Assembly: GCA_016124735.1 (NCBI GenBank)
Contig: WGMZ01000031.1
Span: 52,147-116,146 of the forward strand
Reading direction: 5' to 3'
DNA: 64,000 nucleotides
Source of the DNA: Bacteroidota bacterium
Lineage (GTDB): Bacteria; Bacteroidota; Bacteroidia; UBA8524
Shown here: positions 39,430-49,153 of the stretch, piece by piece
Position numbering within the stretch: the first letter of the stretch is position 1
Layout: every line of letters begins with the position of its first letter
Notes under the pieces: generated by a model
What the model was told of the DNA's origin: nothing
The model's input: the letters and a program-made list of their open reading frames with translations, nothing else
Database searches by the model: none
Position numbers and translations under genes: made by a program

Positions 39430-39943
39430 GCAGCTTTTTAATTTCTGACAGGCCGTGGTATTGAAGATTCAACTCTTGAACGGCTCTGATAATATCTGAG
39501 TACAATTTTTCCTGTCCTCGCTCCTGGTTATAAGACAAATCATCATAATAAATGACCGAAGCATATTTACTTACAAGCAGCCTCAGGTACTTTAATTTAT
39601 GTCTTGCAGAAGGCACAATTATGCATTCCGAAGAAATATTATTTTCTTTTAACCAATCTCGAGTTACCCTAAAAAGCTCCATCTTTCGTGCTGTAAGGAT
39701 GAGAATCTTATAGCCTTTACTTTCGTACTCTTTTAATTTATTTATTACTCCGCGAATGGGCTTTGCCGATGCATACGCCTTTCTGGAATATCCACCCTTT
39801 ACCAAACATGGCCAGGTATCTGCCAGTGTATTATCCAAATCAAACACGACCAAATTCGCAGCATTTATAGTAAGTCTGAGCTTTTTCTTGTTGTAGTTGA
39901 GCCAATCCAGGAGTATAAATAATACTTCTCTTATTCTTGTCAT
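39410..39943 (-). CDS. HAD-superfamily phosphatase
   Basis: Motif I VVFDLDNTLAD (DxDxT) is present. The length is 177 aa and the gene overlaps the ATP-grasp gene start. Confidence 0.65.
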   Translation of the reverse strand: MTRIREVLFILLDWLNYNKKKLRLTINAANLVVFDLDNTLADTWPCLVKGGYSRKAYASAKPIRGVINKLKEYESKGYKILILTARKMELFRVTRDWLKENNISSECIIVPSARHKLKYLRLLVSKYASVIYYDDLSYNQERGQEKLYSDIIRAVQELNLQYHGLSEIKKLRDEEIN

Positions 39944-39944
39944 C

Positions 39945-41108
39945 TTACAGACCCAGTTCCACTGGGAGTTTCATCAGGGATTTAATTGCATTCACAATGA
40001 CTTCATTCTCATCTTTCGAACGCGCTGCAACTCTTATGAATTGACCATTCAAACCAATTTTATCCGAACAATTTCTGACATAGACGCCATGGTCTGACAA
40101 AAGTCTTGCCTGCGCATGTCCAGAATTCAGTCCATTCATGAGCTCAATTAATACGAAATTGGCTTTCGAAGGGTACACTTTTATTCCTTCAATTGCCTGT
40201 AGTTCAGCAATGAAAAACAAAGACTCCGTGATGTATTTCTTTCGTACAATTTCGTAGGCATCATTAAAGTCCTTCCTCACATAGAGTCGAAAAAAGTATT
40301 CTGAAAGACCGTTTAAGTTCCACAAGTAACCATTCGAAAATAATTCCTTCACCCATTCACTCTTCATGACCGCATATCCGCAACGCAAACCAGCAACACC
40401 AAAATCTTTCGACATACTTTTAACTAAAATCACATTGTCATTTTCCAGAACAATAGGCAATACCGATTTAAGCTCCATATCGCTACTCTCATATGCAAAA
40501 TGAATAAAACTCTCATCGACAATAATGTTATCCAGATAGCTTAACTCCGCTATAATTCTAGATATATCTTCGAATTTTAAATAGCCACCATCCGGATTAT
40601 TCGGATTGATTAATACAATAGAACTTGCTCCGCTATTTTTGACAAAATCGATATATTCATCTACATCCAATTTAAAATTCTTTTCCTTCTTTAATTCATA
40701 AAAAACAACCTCAATATTGGGTGTGATGTATTCATAATAGGAGGAAAAAGTTGGTATATTAACAATTAGTTTGCCCTTAACGTAACGATGCAAAACTGCT
40801 TGAATTGCCTCTATCGCACCGTTCCCAACAAAAATACGCGCTGGATCTATTTTCAAATTTTTACCTAATAACTCGGCAATTTCAGAACTTTGTGAGGGAT
40901 AAAATTCTAATACACGGTTGATTTTTCCTGTGTCAATTAGTTCTCGCTTAAAGTATTCGAGAAATAGTTCCGTTGCGTAAGGATTGCTTAAGAAGCAGGC
41001 ATCTACCTTAATTTTTAACTCAGGTATCTCCTCCAACATTGTAAATATGCTTGGAGAGTGTGTTCCAGAACGACTTTTTAGTTCTAATATTTTATCAAAC
41101 ATTTCCAT
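39945..41108 (-). CDS. Class I/II PLP-dependent aminotransferase (HisC/CobD-like)
   Basis: NPNNPDG and the PLP-Lys motif SMSKDFGVAGLRCGY are present. The length is 387 aa. Confidence 0.8.
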   Translation of the reverse strand: MEMFDKILELKSRSGTHSPSIFTMLEEIPELKIKVDACFLSNPYATELFLEYFKRELIDTGKINRVLEFYPSQSSEIAELLGKNLKIDPARIFVGNGAIEAIQAVLHRYVKGKLIVNIPTFSSYYEYITPNIEVVFYELKKEKNFKLDVDEYIDFVKNSGASSIVLINPNNPDGGYLKFEDISRIIAELSYLDNIIVDESFIHFAYESSDMELKSVLPIVLENDNVILVKSMSKDFGVAGLRCGYAVMKSEWVKELFSNGYLWNLNGLSEYFFRLYVRKDFNDAYEIVRKKYITESLFFIAELQAIEGIKVYPSKANFVLIELMNGLNSGHAQARLLSDHGVYVRNCSDKIGLNGQFIRVAARSKDENEVIVNAIKSLMKLPVELGL

Positions 41109-42345
41109 AATTACGGAGACTATTGGTATTTAAAAACAAATTCAATCCTTTCATCAGGGAGACAAATGCATAAACTATAATTAGGGTATAAAGCACGCCA
41201 ATTTCAGCATAGGCTTTCACCAAAGGGATTATGACTATAAAATTTAAGATCGCCGAATAGAGTAATATTCTGCTCATTTTTCTTTCCTTGTGCTCAATGA
41301 CAAAAAAATTCGAAAAAATGGGCCCAAATGGCAGCAACAAGATGACAAATGAAGTGACGTGCAGGAGGTTCACAATATTCTCATCCTTGTTTCCCTGCAA
41401 TAAAATAGCAATGGGTCCAGCCAAATAATAAATCACGAAAGCTCCTACGACAAATACCACGGAAAGACCCAAAGTAAATTGCCTTCTCATTTTGATATAT
41501 TTATCACGCTGGCTGATAAACCATTGCGCCATATTGGGAAATGTGGCTTGTACAAGTGGTTGAGCCAGCGAAGAACCAGCTTTGATCATCTTATCGGCAA
41601 CACCAAAAATACCTACTGCTCCGTCTCCCGCATAATACCCCAGAATCAGAACATTTGTTGACCCATAAGTGCTTACAAGAACCCTGGAAATAAATACATG
41701 CCATCCTAACTTCAATTCTTTCATAATGGCCCGGTAAGGTGGTATCTGAATACGAAAATTCTCCAGTTTAAGTGCTATTCCGAATCCAATTAGCCCGGAT
41801 ATTAACCAACCACTTGACAGTAAAAGAATGGTAGCCCCTATTTGTGTCGATTCGCGAATAAATAGAAAAATTAGACCTATAGAAATGAATTTGGAAATAA
41901 CATTGATAATGGTCAGAATTCGCATTTTTTTTATTCCCTGAAAATACCAAACAGGAAAGAAAGCGTTGCCAACAACCATAAGGAATCCATAAAAATAATT
42001 CAATCTATCCTGAGGAGTATCCAACCATAGTATTATGCCTATAAATGGAATAACTGTGGCAAATAATAAAACTATCTTAGATATCTGTATGCGAATAAAT
42101 GCGGTATTCCTCTCCTCCGAACTCGTGCATTGCCCTATTGTGCGTGTACCGGTCAGGTTAAAACCATAATCAACAATGATGTTAAAATAGGACATGATGG
42201 CCTGGATGAAAATGACCTGACCATATCCCTCCTTCCCAATTACCCGAAACAGAAAAGGGATTACAAGAAGCGGTGTAAGGTAATTCGCTGCTTGCATAAA
42301 ACCCAGTGCTACCGTATTTCCGATAATTTGTTTCCGCTCGGTCAA
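41095..42345 (-). CDS. wzx: Oligosaccharide-unit flippase Wzx (MOP superfamily)
   Basis: The protein is 416 aa with 12 TM helices and follows the polysaccharide-biosynthesis-protein pattern. Confidence 0.7.
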   Translation of the reverse strand: MTERKQIIGNTVALGFMQAANYLTPLLVIPFLFRVIGKEGYGQVIFIQAIMSYFNIIVDYGFNLTGTRTIGQCTSSEERNTAFIRIQISKIVLLFATVIPFIGIILWLDTPQDRLNYFYGFLMVVGNAFFPVWYFQGIKKMRILTIINVISKFISIGLIFLFIRESTQIGATILLLSSGWLISGLIGFGIALKLENFRIQIPPYRAIMKELKLGWHVFISRVLVSTYGSTNVLILGYYAGDGAVGIFGVADKMIKAGSSLAQPLVQATFPNMAQWFISQRDKYIKMRRQFTLGLSVVFVVGAFVIYYLAGPIAILLQGNKDENIVNLLHVTSFVILLLPFGPIFSNFFVIEHKERKMSRILLYSAILNFIVIIPLVKAYAEIGVLYTLIIVYAFVSLMKGLNLFLNTNSLRNYGNV

Positions 42346-43367
42346 GAGTTGATTTTATAAAATTTATTATACCAATCGATAAATGAAGCAATTCCTTCCT
42401 GCACAGAAGTGTTCGGTTCATAATTTGTAATCTTTTTGAGCTTGCCCACATCCGCCCAGGTTTGGTGTACATCACCTGGTTGCATTTCTCTGAAAATAAG
42501 TTGTGCCTTTTTCCCGATTGTTTCTTCCATCACACGGATAAATTGCATTAAATCTACAGGGGCTCCTCTGCCAATATTCAAAATACTATATGGTTCAGTA
42601 TAACCTTCTGCTAAAACCAATAAACGAATTCCGTTCACAATATCTTCTACAAATGTAAAATCACGTGCCATGTCTCCATTATTAAAAACCTGGATAGGCT
42701 TGTCTTCCGTAATAGCTTTCGCAAACAACATGGGAGCCATGTCGGGTCGGCCCCACGGTCCGTAAACGGTAAAAAAACGCAGTCCGATAGTCTGAATTCC
42801 ATACAGATGACTATACGTGTGGGCCATCAACTCATTTGCTTTCTTTGTGGCGGCATAAAGACTCACGGGATTAGATACTTCCTGTGATTCCGTGAAAGGG
42901 ACGGTACTAGAATCTCCATAAACACTTGAACTGGAGGCATAAATTAAGGTCGGTACTTTTCGATGACGACATCCTTCTAAAATATTCATGAATGCATCGA
43001 TATTCGCAGAAATGTACGCATGCGGGTTCTCCAACGAATATCTCACGCCCGGTTGAGCAGCCAAATGAACAACATGAGTGAATGTAAACTGACCAAACAA
43101 ATTCTCTACCGATTTGCGATCGGAAAGATCCATACGAATGAAAGTATAGAATTGATTTATTTTTGATTTGACTGGTTCATTCCACTTTAAATTTTCGGTT
43201 TCTATACCCGAATCTTCCAATCTGGCTAACTTCAGTTTGATGTCATAATAATTATTGATGGAGTCCACTCCAACAATGTGATATCCATCTTTCCACAGTG
43301 CCTTTACCAGCTGGTGTCCTATAAATCCAGCAGTTCCAGTTACAAGAATGGTTTTATTTCTATCCAA
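42342..43367 (-). CDS. UDP-GlcNAcA/UDP-GlcA 4-epimerase (TviC/WbpP/CapI-like SDR)
   Basis: The N-terminus is TILVTGTAGFIGHQL followed by DSINNYYDIKLKLARL, which is characteristic of the CapI/TviC subfamily. It overlaps the dehydrogenase partner downstream. Confidence 0.8.
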   Translation of the reverse strand: MDRNKTILVTGTAGFIGHQLVKALWKDGYHIVGVDSINNYYDIKLKLARLEDSGIETENLKWNEPVKSKINQFYTFIRMDLSDRKSVENLFGQFTFTHVVHLAAQPGVRYSLENPHAYISANIDAFMNILEGCRHRKVPTLIYASSSSVYGDSSTVPFTESQEVSNPVSLYAATKKANELMAHTYSHLYGIQTIGLRFFTVYGPWGRPDMAPMLFAKAITEDKPIQVFNNGDMARDFTFVEDIVNGIRLLVLAEGYTEPYSILNIGRGAPVDLMQFIRVMEETIGKKAQLIFREMQPGDVHQTWADVGKLKKITNYEPNTSVQEGIASFIDWYNKFYKINS

Positions 43368-43410
43368 AATATACTCTTTGCTGCTAATAAATAAATGAGT
43401 ATTTCACACC

Positions 43411-44703
43411 TTAAAGTCTCGAATCTACAAGAGATTTGTCTAACACGCCTTTGATATCAAAGACAACAGAATTAGTAGTGGTAAGCACTGAAAAATCTAA
43501 TTTCAAGAATTCATCGTGTGCAACGGCCAGAACCACGGCTTCATAACTCATTCCAGGGCTCTCTTTGGTAATTTCCAAACCGTACTCATGTTTGACTTCC
43601 TCCTCGTTTGCCCAGGGATCATAAATATCTACCATGCACCCGAAGCCCTTTAATTCGGAAACGATATCGACTACACGGGTATTTCGAATATCCGGACAAT
43701 TTTCCTTAAAGGTGAAGCCCATGACCAGCACATTGCTGCCCTTTATGGTATGACCTTTTTGAATCATCAATTTGACGACTTTGTTTGCCACGAACATGCC
43801 CATATTGTCATTCACTCTTCTTCCGGAAAGAATTACCTGGGGATGATATCCCAAGGTTTCTGCTTTGTGCGCCAGATAATAGGGATCCACGCCAATACAA
43901 TGTCCACCAACCAATCCTGGCTTGTATTTTAAAAAGTTCCATTTTGTGCCGGCGGCGGCCAAAACATCGTTGGTATCAATACCAATTCGATCGAAAATCA
44001 AAGCCAGTTCATTTACAAAGGAAATGTTGACGTCTCGTTGTGCATTTTCAATTGCCTTTGAAGCTTCAGCTACTTTAATGTTCGGTGCTTTATGTGTTCC
44101 TGCTGCAATAATTGATGCATACAATGCATCGACAAAATCTGCAACATCCGGTGTGGACCCAGAAGTTACCTTCATGATTTTAGTCAAAGTATTCACTTTA
44201 TCCCCCGGATTGATACGCTCAGGAGAATATCCGCAATAAAAGTCTTGATTAAAGACTAATCCTGAATTCGATTCCAGCACAGGAACGCAATCTTCTTCCG
44301 TGCAGCCAGGATAGGTTGTTGACTCATAAATAACGATATCGCCTTTTTTAAGAATTTGTCCAATACTGGCACTGGCAGAAATAAGTGGTCTGAGATCCGG
44401 AGATTTGCTGGAATCAACCGGAGTAGGTACGGTGACAATGTAAACATTGCATACTTCTATTTCATTCCGGTCAGATGTAATTTTTAATCCTGCATGAGGA
44501 TCACCATTTCCTAAAGCAATTTTTAGTTCGCTTTCATCCGCTTCCAGAGTTGAATCTTTGCCCGATGCCAATTCGCGGACTCTATGGCTGTTTATGTCAT
44601 ATCCAACTGTTTTAAATTTTTTGGAAAATTCAAGGGCTAATGGAAGGCCGACATAGCCTAATCCAATTACAGCGATTTTAGCTGATTTCAATTCTTGCAC
44701 CAT
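43411..44703 (-). CDS. UDP-N-acetyl-D-glucosamine (or mannosamine) 6-dehydrogenase (TviB/WbpA/WecC-like)
   Basis: The N-terminus is [18 protein letters not shown]. The catalytic Cys region [11 protein letters not shown] is present and the 430-aa length is typical of the TviB/WbpA class. Confidence 0.85.
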   Translation of the reverse strand: MVQELKSAKIAVIGLGYVGLPLALEFSKKFKTVGYDINSHRVRELASGKDSTLEADESELKIALGNGDPHAGLKITSDRNEIEVCNVYIVTVPTPVDSSKSPDLRPLISASASIGQILKKGDIVIYESTTYPGCTEEDCVPVLESNSGLVFNQDFYCGYSPERINPGDKVNTLTKIMKVTSGSTPDVADFVDALYASIIAAGTHKAPNIKVAEASKAIENAQRDVNISFVNELALIFDRIGIDTNDVLAAAGTKWNFLKYKPGLVGGHCIGVDPYYLAHKAETLGYHPQVILSGRRVNDNMGMFVANKVVKLMIQKGHTIKGSNVLVMGFTFKENCPDIRNTRVVDIVSELKGFGCMVDIYDPWANEEEVKHEYGLEITKESPGMSYEAVVLAVAHDEFLKLDFSVLTTTNSVVFDIKGVLDKSLVDSRL

Positions 44704-45221
44704 AACATTAAATTCGATTCTCTTAAAACGGTGTTTTTTTCTGCCTCAAATTCTTCTCGATTGAACAGAACATACCTTATTTTTCTTTTTATTTGAACTT
44801 CTACTTTTTCCAGCAACCTCATCAGATAGGCTTTATCGATATCTCCTACAAAGATTAAATCAATAATAGGACTATCCAGCCCCTTTCCTAATTCTCCAAC
44901 AAGATATACTTCTTCAAGCTGTCCTAATCGACTAACTACCCGATCTACAATTTGATCCAGGCCTGTATATTTGAGCAGGATATTATGAATGTCTGCAAAA
45001 AGCGGATGCTGCCTATTGGCTCCAAACAATTTGCGGTTTCCCTGATGAACGGACATCAAAAGTCCGGCTTTCTCAAATCTGTTTAGTTCAAGTCTTATTG
45101 CATTTGTGCTTTCACCAAATTCAGATTCAAGGCTCCTCAAATAGGCAGAGGTATCTGCATTAAGAAAAAATTTCAGCAATAGTTTCACCCTGGTTTTGGA
45201 TGAAATTAAAATATCAATCAC
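44688..45221 (-). CDS. Putative winged-helix transcriptional regulator
   Basis: The N-terminal wHTH-like segment is [11 protein letters not shown] ... [18 protein letters not shown]. The length is 177 aa. It lies between wzc and the sugar-biosynthesis genes. Confidence 0.4.
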   Translation of the reverse strand: MIDILISSKTRVKLLLKFFLNADTSAYLRSLESEFGESTNAIRLELNRFEKAGLLMSVHQGNRKLFGANRQHPLFADIHNILLKYTGLDQIVDRVVSRLGQLEEVYLVGELGKGLDSPIIDLIFVGDIDKAYLMRLLEKVEVQIKRKIRYVLFNREEFEAEKNTVLRESNLMLWCKN

Positions 45222-45447
45222 GAAACGATTTTATTTTACTAAAAGGATTCGCATTAGGTACGCAGGCTACACAGCTTCGCCACGTCAGTCCCATACCTGA
45301 ATGCTTATTGAGTAAAAAAACTACTCAAATATGCTCGAATTTTCAATAAATGCAAAACCGCGAGATTACTTTTAATATTTTCTTAATGTTCCAAAAGTCC
45401 TTTGAACGCTCGCTGCTTGAAGTCTCTCCTAATCTGTTATGTTTGAA

Positions 45448-47847
45448 CTAGTTTTTCCTGAGACGCAGTTTGGATTTTTTCTTCTGATGGTCCTCTTCAT
45501 AATAGCCATATCCATAACCGTAGCCATAACCGTAGCCATAGCCGTATCCGTAGCCATAGCCGTAACCATATGTTGAACTTACTCCTACATCATTCATGAT
45601 GACGGAAATCGACTTGTTACTGTGATTTTCCTCCAAATAATTTAATGAAGTCAACATTGGCTTTCTTGTGTATGATTGCCGAATTACATAAATAACAATA
45701 TCCGCAAACTTCATCAAATCATTCGCATCTGCCACCAATCCCATCGGAGGCGTATCCATTACAATATAGTCGAATCTTTCTTTTAGCTCAATGAGCATTT
45801 CTGCGAACTTCTCGCTCATCAATAATTCAGCAGGATTGGGTGGTGTCGGACCAGATGGGATTACGAATAAATTCGGGTTCATGGTCGGATGGATTACATC
45901 TTTCAGTTTCTCCGCACCAATAAGGTAATTCACTACACCCTTTTCGTTGGTAAGGTTGAAGTCATCAAAAATTGTGGGGTTCCGTAAGTCCAAACCAAGG
46001 ATGACTGTTTTCTTTTCCCCCAACGCAAGAATGGAAGCTAAGTTCATAGAACAATATGTTTTTCCTTCACCAGAAATGCTGGAGGTCACCAAAATAACTT
46101 TCTTCTCCTTACTGATAGATAAATACTGAAGATTTGTTCTTATCGCCCGGAAAGATTCGGATATACTCGTCTTAGGGTGTTCAAGTACAATTAAGTTCGT
46201 GCTCTTTTCACTGTGACCAACCAATCCCAATATATTTGCCTTGGAAATGCTTTGAACTTCTGCCAATTCATGTACTCTGTTGTCGAAATAACTGAATATC
46301 GAAATGCCACCTATCGGAATTAAAATACCAAGTAAAAATCCGATTGCATAATTCAGTGACTTTTTTGGAGAAATTACACCCAAAGCTACCGCTTCATCAA
46401 TAATCTTATTAGGTGAAACAATCGATGCCTTATTAATTTCACTTTCAGCCTTTTTCTCAAGAAGTAAAGTAAATAATGCGTCGTTCAGTAAATATTTTCT
46501 CTCAATAGTTAAATAGGTTCTTTCAACCTGAGGTAGTTTCGCAATTTCTTCATCGTATGAATTAATCTGGCGATCTAATTCCTGAATTCTGATGGATGAC
46601 CCTTGTTTTTGAGAATTCAGATTCTCCACCAATGTTTTTTTAAGCAATACTATCTGAGCATCAATACCATTCAGCAAGGTTCCTTCCTTCACAATCCCTG
46701 ATAACATATCCTGCCTCTGCGAATTCAAATGAATTAATTCATTTACCAAACCAATTAACACCGGATCTTGAACGCCCATCGAAGAAGGGGCCACAATATC
46801 GTCTATGGATCTACGGCCATGTACATAGTCTTCTAAAAAGTTCAGGTATTGGATTTGCAGGTCCTCTGATGACTTTTTGGCAATCAATACATCCAGTTTC
46901 TCAAAAATTCTTCCTCCTTCTTCCCCGATAGTTGTCAATCGGTGTGAAGAGTGAAAATCTTCTCTCAGATTTTCAACCTGATCCAGACTGTCCGACACTA
47001 TCGCCAATTGGGAATTTATAAAGTCAATGGTCTTTTCGGACTTTTCCTTGGCTTCCTTCAAACCAAATTGAATATAGGTTCGTGCAAGAGTATTTAAATA
47101 ATCTTTGATTTTTAACTCATTTCTACCTTTCAACTCCATTCTTATAGCCGACGATCCTTCCGCCTCTGGGTCAATCACCAGGTCTTTGTTGTATTTTTCG
47201 ATGAGAGATTCCTCGGTGTTAAACTTGATAGACATTCGTTCATTTCCCTTCACTGGCCCCTTCCTTATTAACCTGAAGTAAAACCCGTTCCAGCCAATAT
47301 TTTTATCAAATTCATATTCGTCCCGAAGTGTGGTATCCCACAAATCTTCAATCTCGTCCCTGTTTAATAGCTTCCAATTTCCTTCATTATCAAACTCTAT
47401 TTCGAGATTGACTTTTTCCATATACTCCGGAATACTGTCATATATCAATTTAATAGGCACATCCGGACCGTAGGTTTCATTGCTAAGCAGGCGACCAACA
47501 ATAAAATAGCTAATCCCAAAATCCAATTGATCAAGCGTGAGCCTGGTCATCTTGCGAGATTTAATTTTTACTACCTCATTCTCAAAAGTCAAGCGTGGGT
47601 TATAATAGCCCAAGGCGGACATCAATTGTTCAGGACCAAAAGATTCCTTTTCACTGCCATCGTCAATTAATAGTTTTAACTCTGTCTTATAGGTTGGTAA
47701 GGTATATCTGTTAACGAGATACGCAACAGACAAACCCAACAAAATACCGAATACGATTATTGGCCAAAAAGATAAAATTCTAAAAAGTAATGCCTTTAAA
47801 TCAATCGATTCACTTGCATTAGATGATTGGCGTTCCGAAGAAGTCAT
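45448..47847 (-). CDS. wzc: Polysaccharide co-polymerase / tyrosine autokinase (Wzc, BY-kinase) with a C-terminal (YG)11 tyrosine tail
   Basis: An N-terminal Wzz-like domain has two TM segments and long coiled coils. The C-terminal kinase has Walker A VTSSISGEGKTY and Walker B-like VIMDTPP. The tail is STYGYGYGYGYGYGYGYGYGYGYYEE. Confidence 0.85.
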   Translation of the reverse strand: MTSSERQSSNASESIDLKALLFRILSFWPIIVFGILLGLSVAYLVNRYTLPTYKTELKLLIDDGSEKESFGPEQLMSALGYYNPRLTFENEVVKIKSRKMTRLTLDQLDFGISYFIVGRLLSNETYGPDVPIKLIYDSIPEYMEKVNLEIEFDNEGNWKLLNRDEIEDLWDTTLRDEYEFDKNIGWNGFYFRLIRKGPVKGNERMSIKFNTEESLIEKYNKDLVIDPEAEGSSAIRMELKGRNELKIKDYLNTLARTYIQFGLKEAKEKSEKTIDFINSQLAIVSDSLDQVENLREDFHSSHRLTTIGEEGGRIFEKLDVLIAKKSSEDLQIQYLNFLEDYVHGRRSIDDIVAPSSMGVQDPVLIGLVNELIHLNSQRQDMLSGIVKEGTLLNGIDAQIVLLKKTLVENLNSQKQGSSIRIQELDRQINSYDEEIAKLPQVERTYLTIERKYLLNDALFTLLLEKKAESEINKASIVSPNKIIDEAVALGVISPKKSLNYAIGFLLGILIPIGGISIFSYFDNRVHELAEVQSISKANILGLVGHSEKSTNLIVLEHPKTSISESFRAIRTNLQYLSISKEKKVILVTSSISGEGKTYCSMNLASILALGEKKTVILGLDLRNPTIFDDFNLTNEKGVVNYLIGAEKLKDVIHPTMNPNLFVIPSGPTPPNPAELLMSEKFAEMLIELKERFDYIVMDTPPMGLVADANDLMKFADIVIYVIRQSYTRKPMLTSLNYLEENHSNKSISVIMNDVGVSSTYGYGYGYGYGYGYGYGYGYGYGYYEEDHQKKKSKLRLRKN
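45501..45570. repeat. Near-perfect tandem DNA repeat (period about 6 to 12 bp) encoding the (Tyr-Gly)n tail of Wzc
   Basis: The plus-strand sequence ATAGCCATATCCATAACCGTAGCCATAACCGTAGCCATAGCCGTATCCGTAGCCATAGCCGTAACCATA is the reverse complement of TAY/GGN codon pairs. Confidence 0.8.
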
Positions 47848-47856
47848 AAGTTAGGA

Positions 47857-48732
47857 TTAGGTCTTACTGATATAGTATACAATGATAATCGTCGATGAAA
47901 GTACCGATAAAACAGATACCAATGATTGAAAACCGGTAGTCCCTGTGCCAAGTGCTCTGATTGCTAATGGTTGCACATATATTATATCATTCGGTTGTAT
48001 GTAATAATAAGGGGATGATATTATAGATTCATCCAGTAAATTGACCTTGTGAATTCGAGTCCCATCAGGATACTGCCTCATAATTGTTACCTCGCTTCTT
48101 TTCGCCAATTCTGTTAAATCTCCTGCATTTGCAATCGCTTCAAACAAAGTCATTCGATTCTGTAATACCATGAACTTACCGGGTCGCTTTACTTCACCGA
48201 GAACTGAATATCTCAATCCTCCCAGTCGCACCGTTGTGTACACATTACTCAGGTATTGATTAAACGTGGATTGAACAATTGAATTTGCTTCAAATACATT
48301 TAACCCTTCCAATTTCATTTTTCCAATAATCGGTAAATAAACAAAGCCTGAATCATCTATAGTAAAACCCGTCAAGTAGAAATAGTCCCCACCCTGTTGC
48401 AAAGCACTAGACATATTCATATTCATTCGCTGTTCAAAGATGTTTTGCAAAATCGGATTATCAGAAGCCAGCTTGACATCTATGCCCACAATATCACCCT
48501 TTTGAAGTCGATAATTATTGCGTTGCACATCATACAAGGTATCAGCCTGCTGATTTATATCTTGAAGATAGATGATTTTCTTATTCGGCACACAGCCAAT
48601 TATTCCCAACATCAGGAACAATGGAAGGAAAAAGTTTGTAGCTCTTTGACTCAAAATCGAAACAATTTTGGGCGAAGATAGGACTAAGAGTTCGGTTTTC
48701 AGAATTCCAAATTCAGTTTTGTATGCATACAA
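47857..48732 (-). CDS. wza: Polysaccharide export outer-membrane protein Wza (Poly_export plus SLBB domains). The true start is likely the internal Met giving the lipoprotein signal LMLGIIGC.
   Basis: A lipobox-like LGIIGC is present. The Poly_export-like segment is YRLQKGDIVGIDV and the SLBB-like segment is YSVLGEVKRPGKF. The C-terminus is hydrophobic. Confidence 0.75.
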   Translation of the reverse strand: MYAYKTEFGILKTELLVLSSPKIVSILSQRATNFFLPLFLMLGIIGCVPNKKIIYLQDINQQADTLYDVQRNNYRLQKGDIVGIDVKLASDNPILQNIFEQRMNMNMSSALQQGGDYFYLTGFTIDDSGFVYLPIIGKMKLEGLNVFEANSIVQSTFNQYLSNVYTTVRLGGLRYSVLGEVKRPGKFMVLQNRMTLFEAIANAGDLTELAKRSEVTIMRQYPDGTRIHKVNLLDESIISSPYYYIQPNDIIYVQPLAIRALGTGTTGFQSLVSVLSVLSSTIIIVYYISKT

Positions 48733-48751
48733 ATCACCTACCCTTCCTTTA

Positions 48752-48901
48752 CTCTATATGACTGAGAAAATACAATATCAAGGTGATTGTTCCGAATATA
48801 AAAGTTATAATCAAACAGCCAATTGCCAAGTTGAATAAGGAAGCTTTGCTTAATGAGAACTTTTTATTGAACCTTTCTATTTTGTAAAATTCATTGTCCA
48901 T
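48752..48901 (-). CDS. Small ORF (about 49 aa) encoding a single-TM peptide immediately upstream of wza; possible operon leader or small membrane protein
   Basis: The minus-strand translation is MDNEFYKIERFNKKFSLSKASLFNLAIGCLIITFIFGTITLILYFLSHIE. It is below the ORF-track length cutoff and sits 20 bp upstream of the wza ORF. Confidence 0.3.
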
Positions 48902-48993
48902 AAATATTTCCTTTCATTCTATTTACGGAAAATGGTTACAGGTAGTTCTTAGACTCGAAATTAATTGGAAGTGCTGCTTTGAATGGGCCTTCT

Positions 48994-49153
48994 GGGCGGG
49001 GCGGGGGGCAAGGGGCAGAGGGCGTGGAGCAAGGGGCAGGGAGTAAAGAGCAGAGGGCGTGGAGCAAGGAGCGAGGGGCAGGGAGCGAGGGGCAGGGAGC
49101 AAGGGGCAGAGGGCAAGCAGAGAGCGTGGAGCCAGCGGGCAGGGAGCAGGGAG
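48994..49153. repeat. Polypurine (G/A-rich on the plus strand), GC-rich imperfect tandem repeat with G-quadruplex and triplex potential
   Basis: GGGCGGGGCGGGGGGCAAGGGGCAGAGGGCGTGGAGCAAGGGGCAGGGAG ... GGGGCAGGGAGCGAGGGGCAGGGAGCAAGGGGCAG ... The stretch is about 160 bp with only about 4 T and about 25 C. The 14-21 bp units GGGGCAGGGAGCGA and GGAGCAAGGGGCAGAGGGCGT recur. The local GC is far above the window average. Confidence 0.8.
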
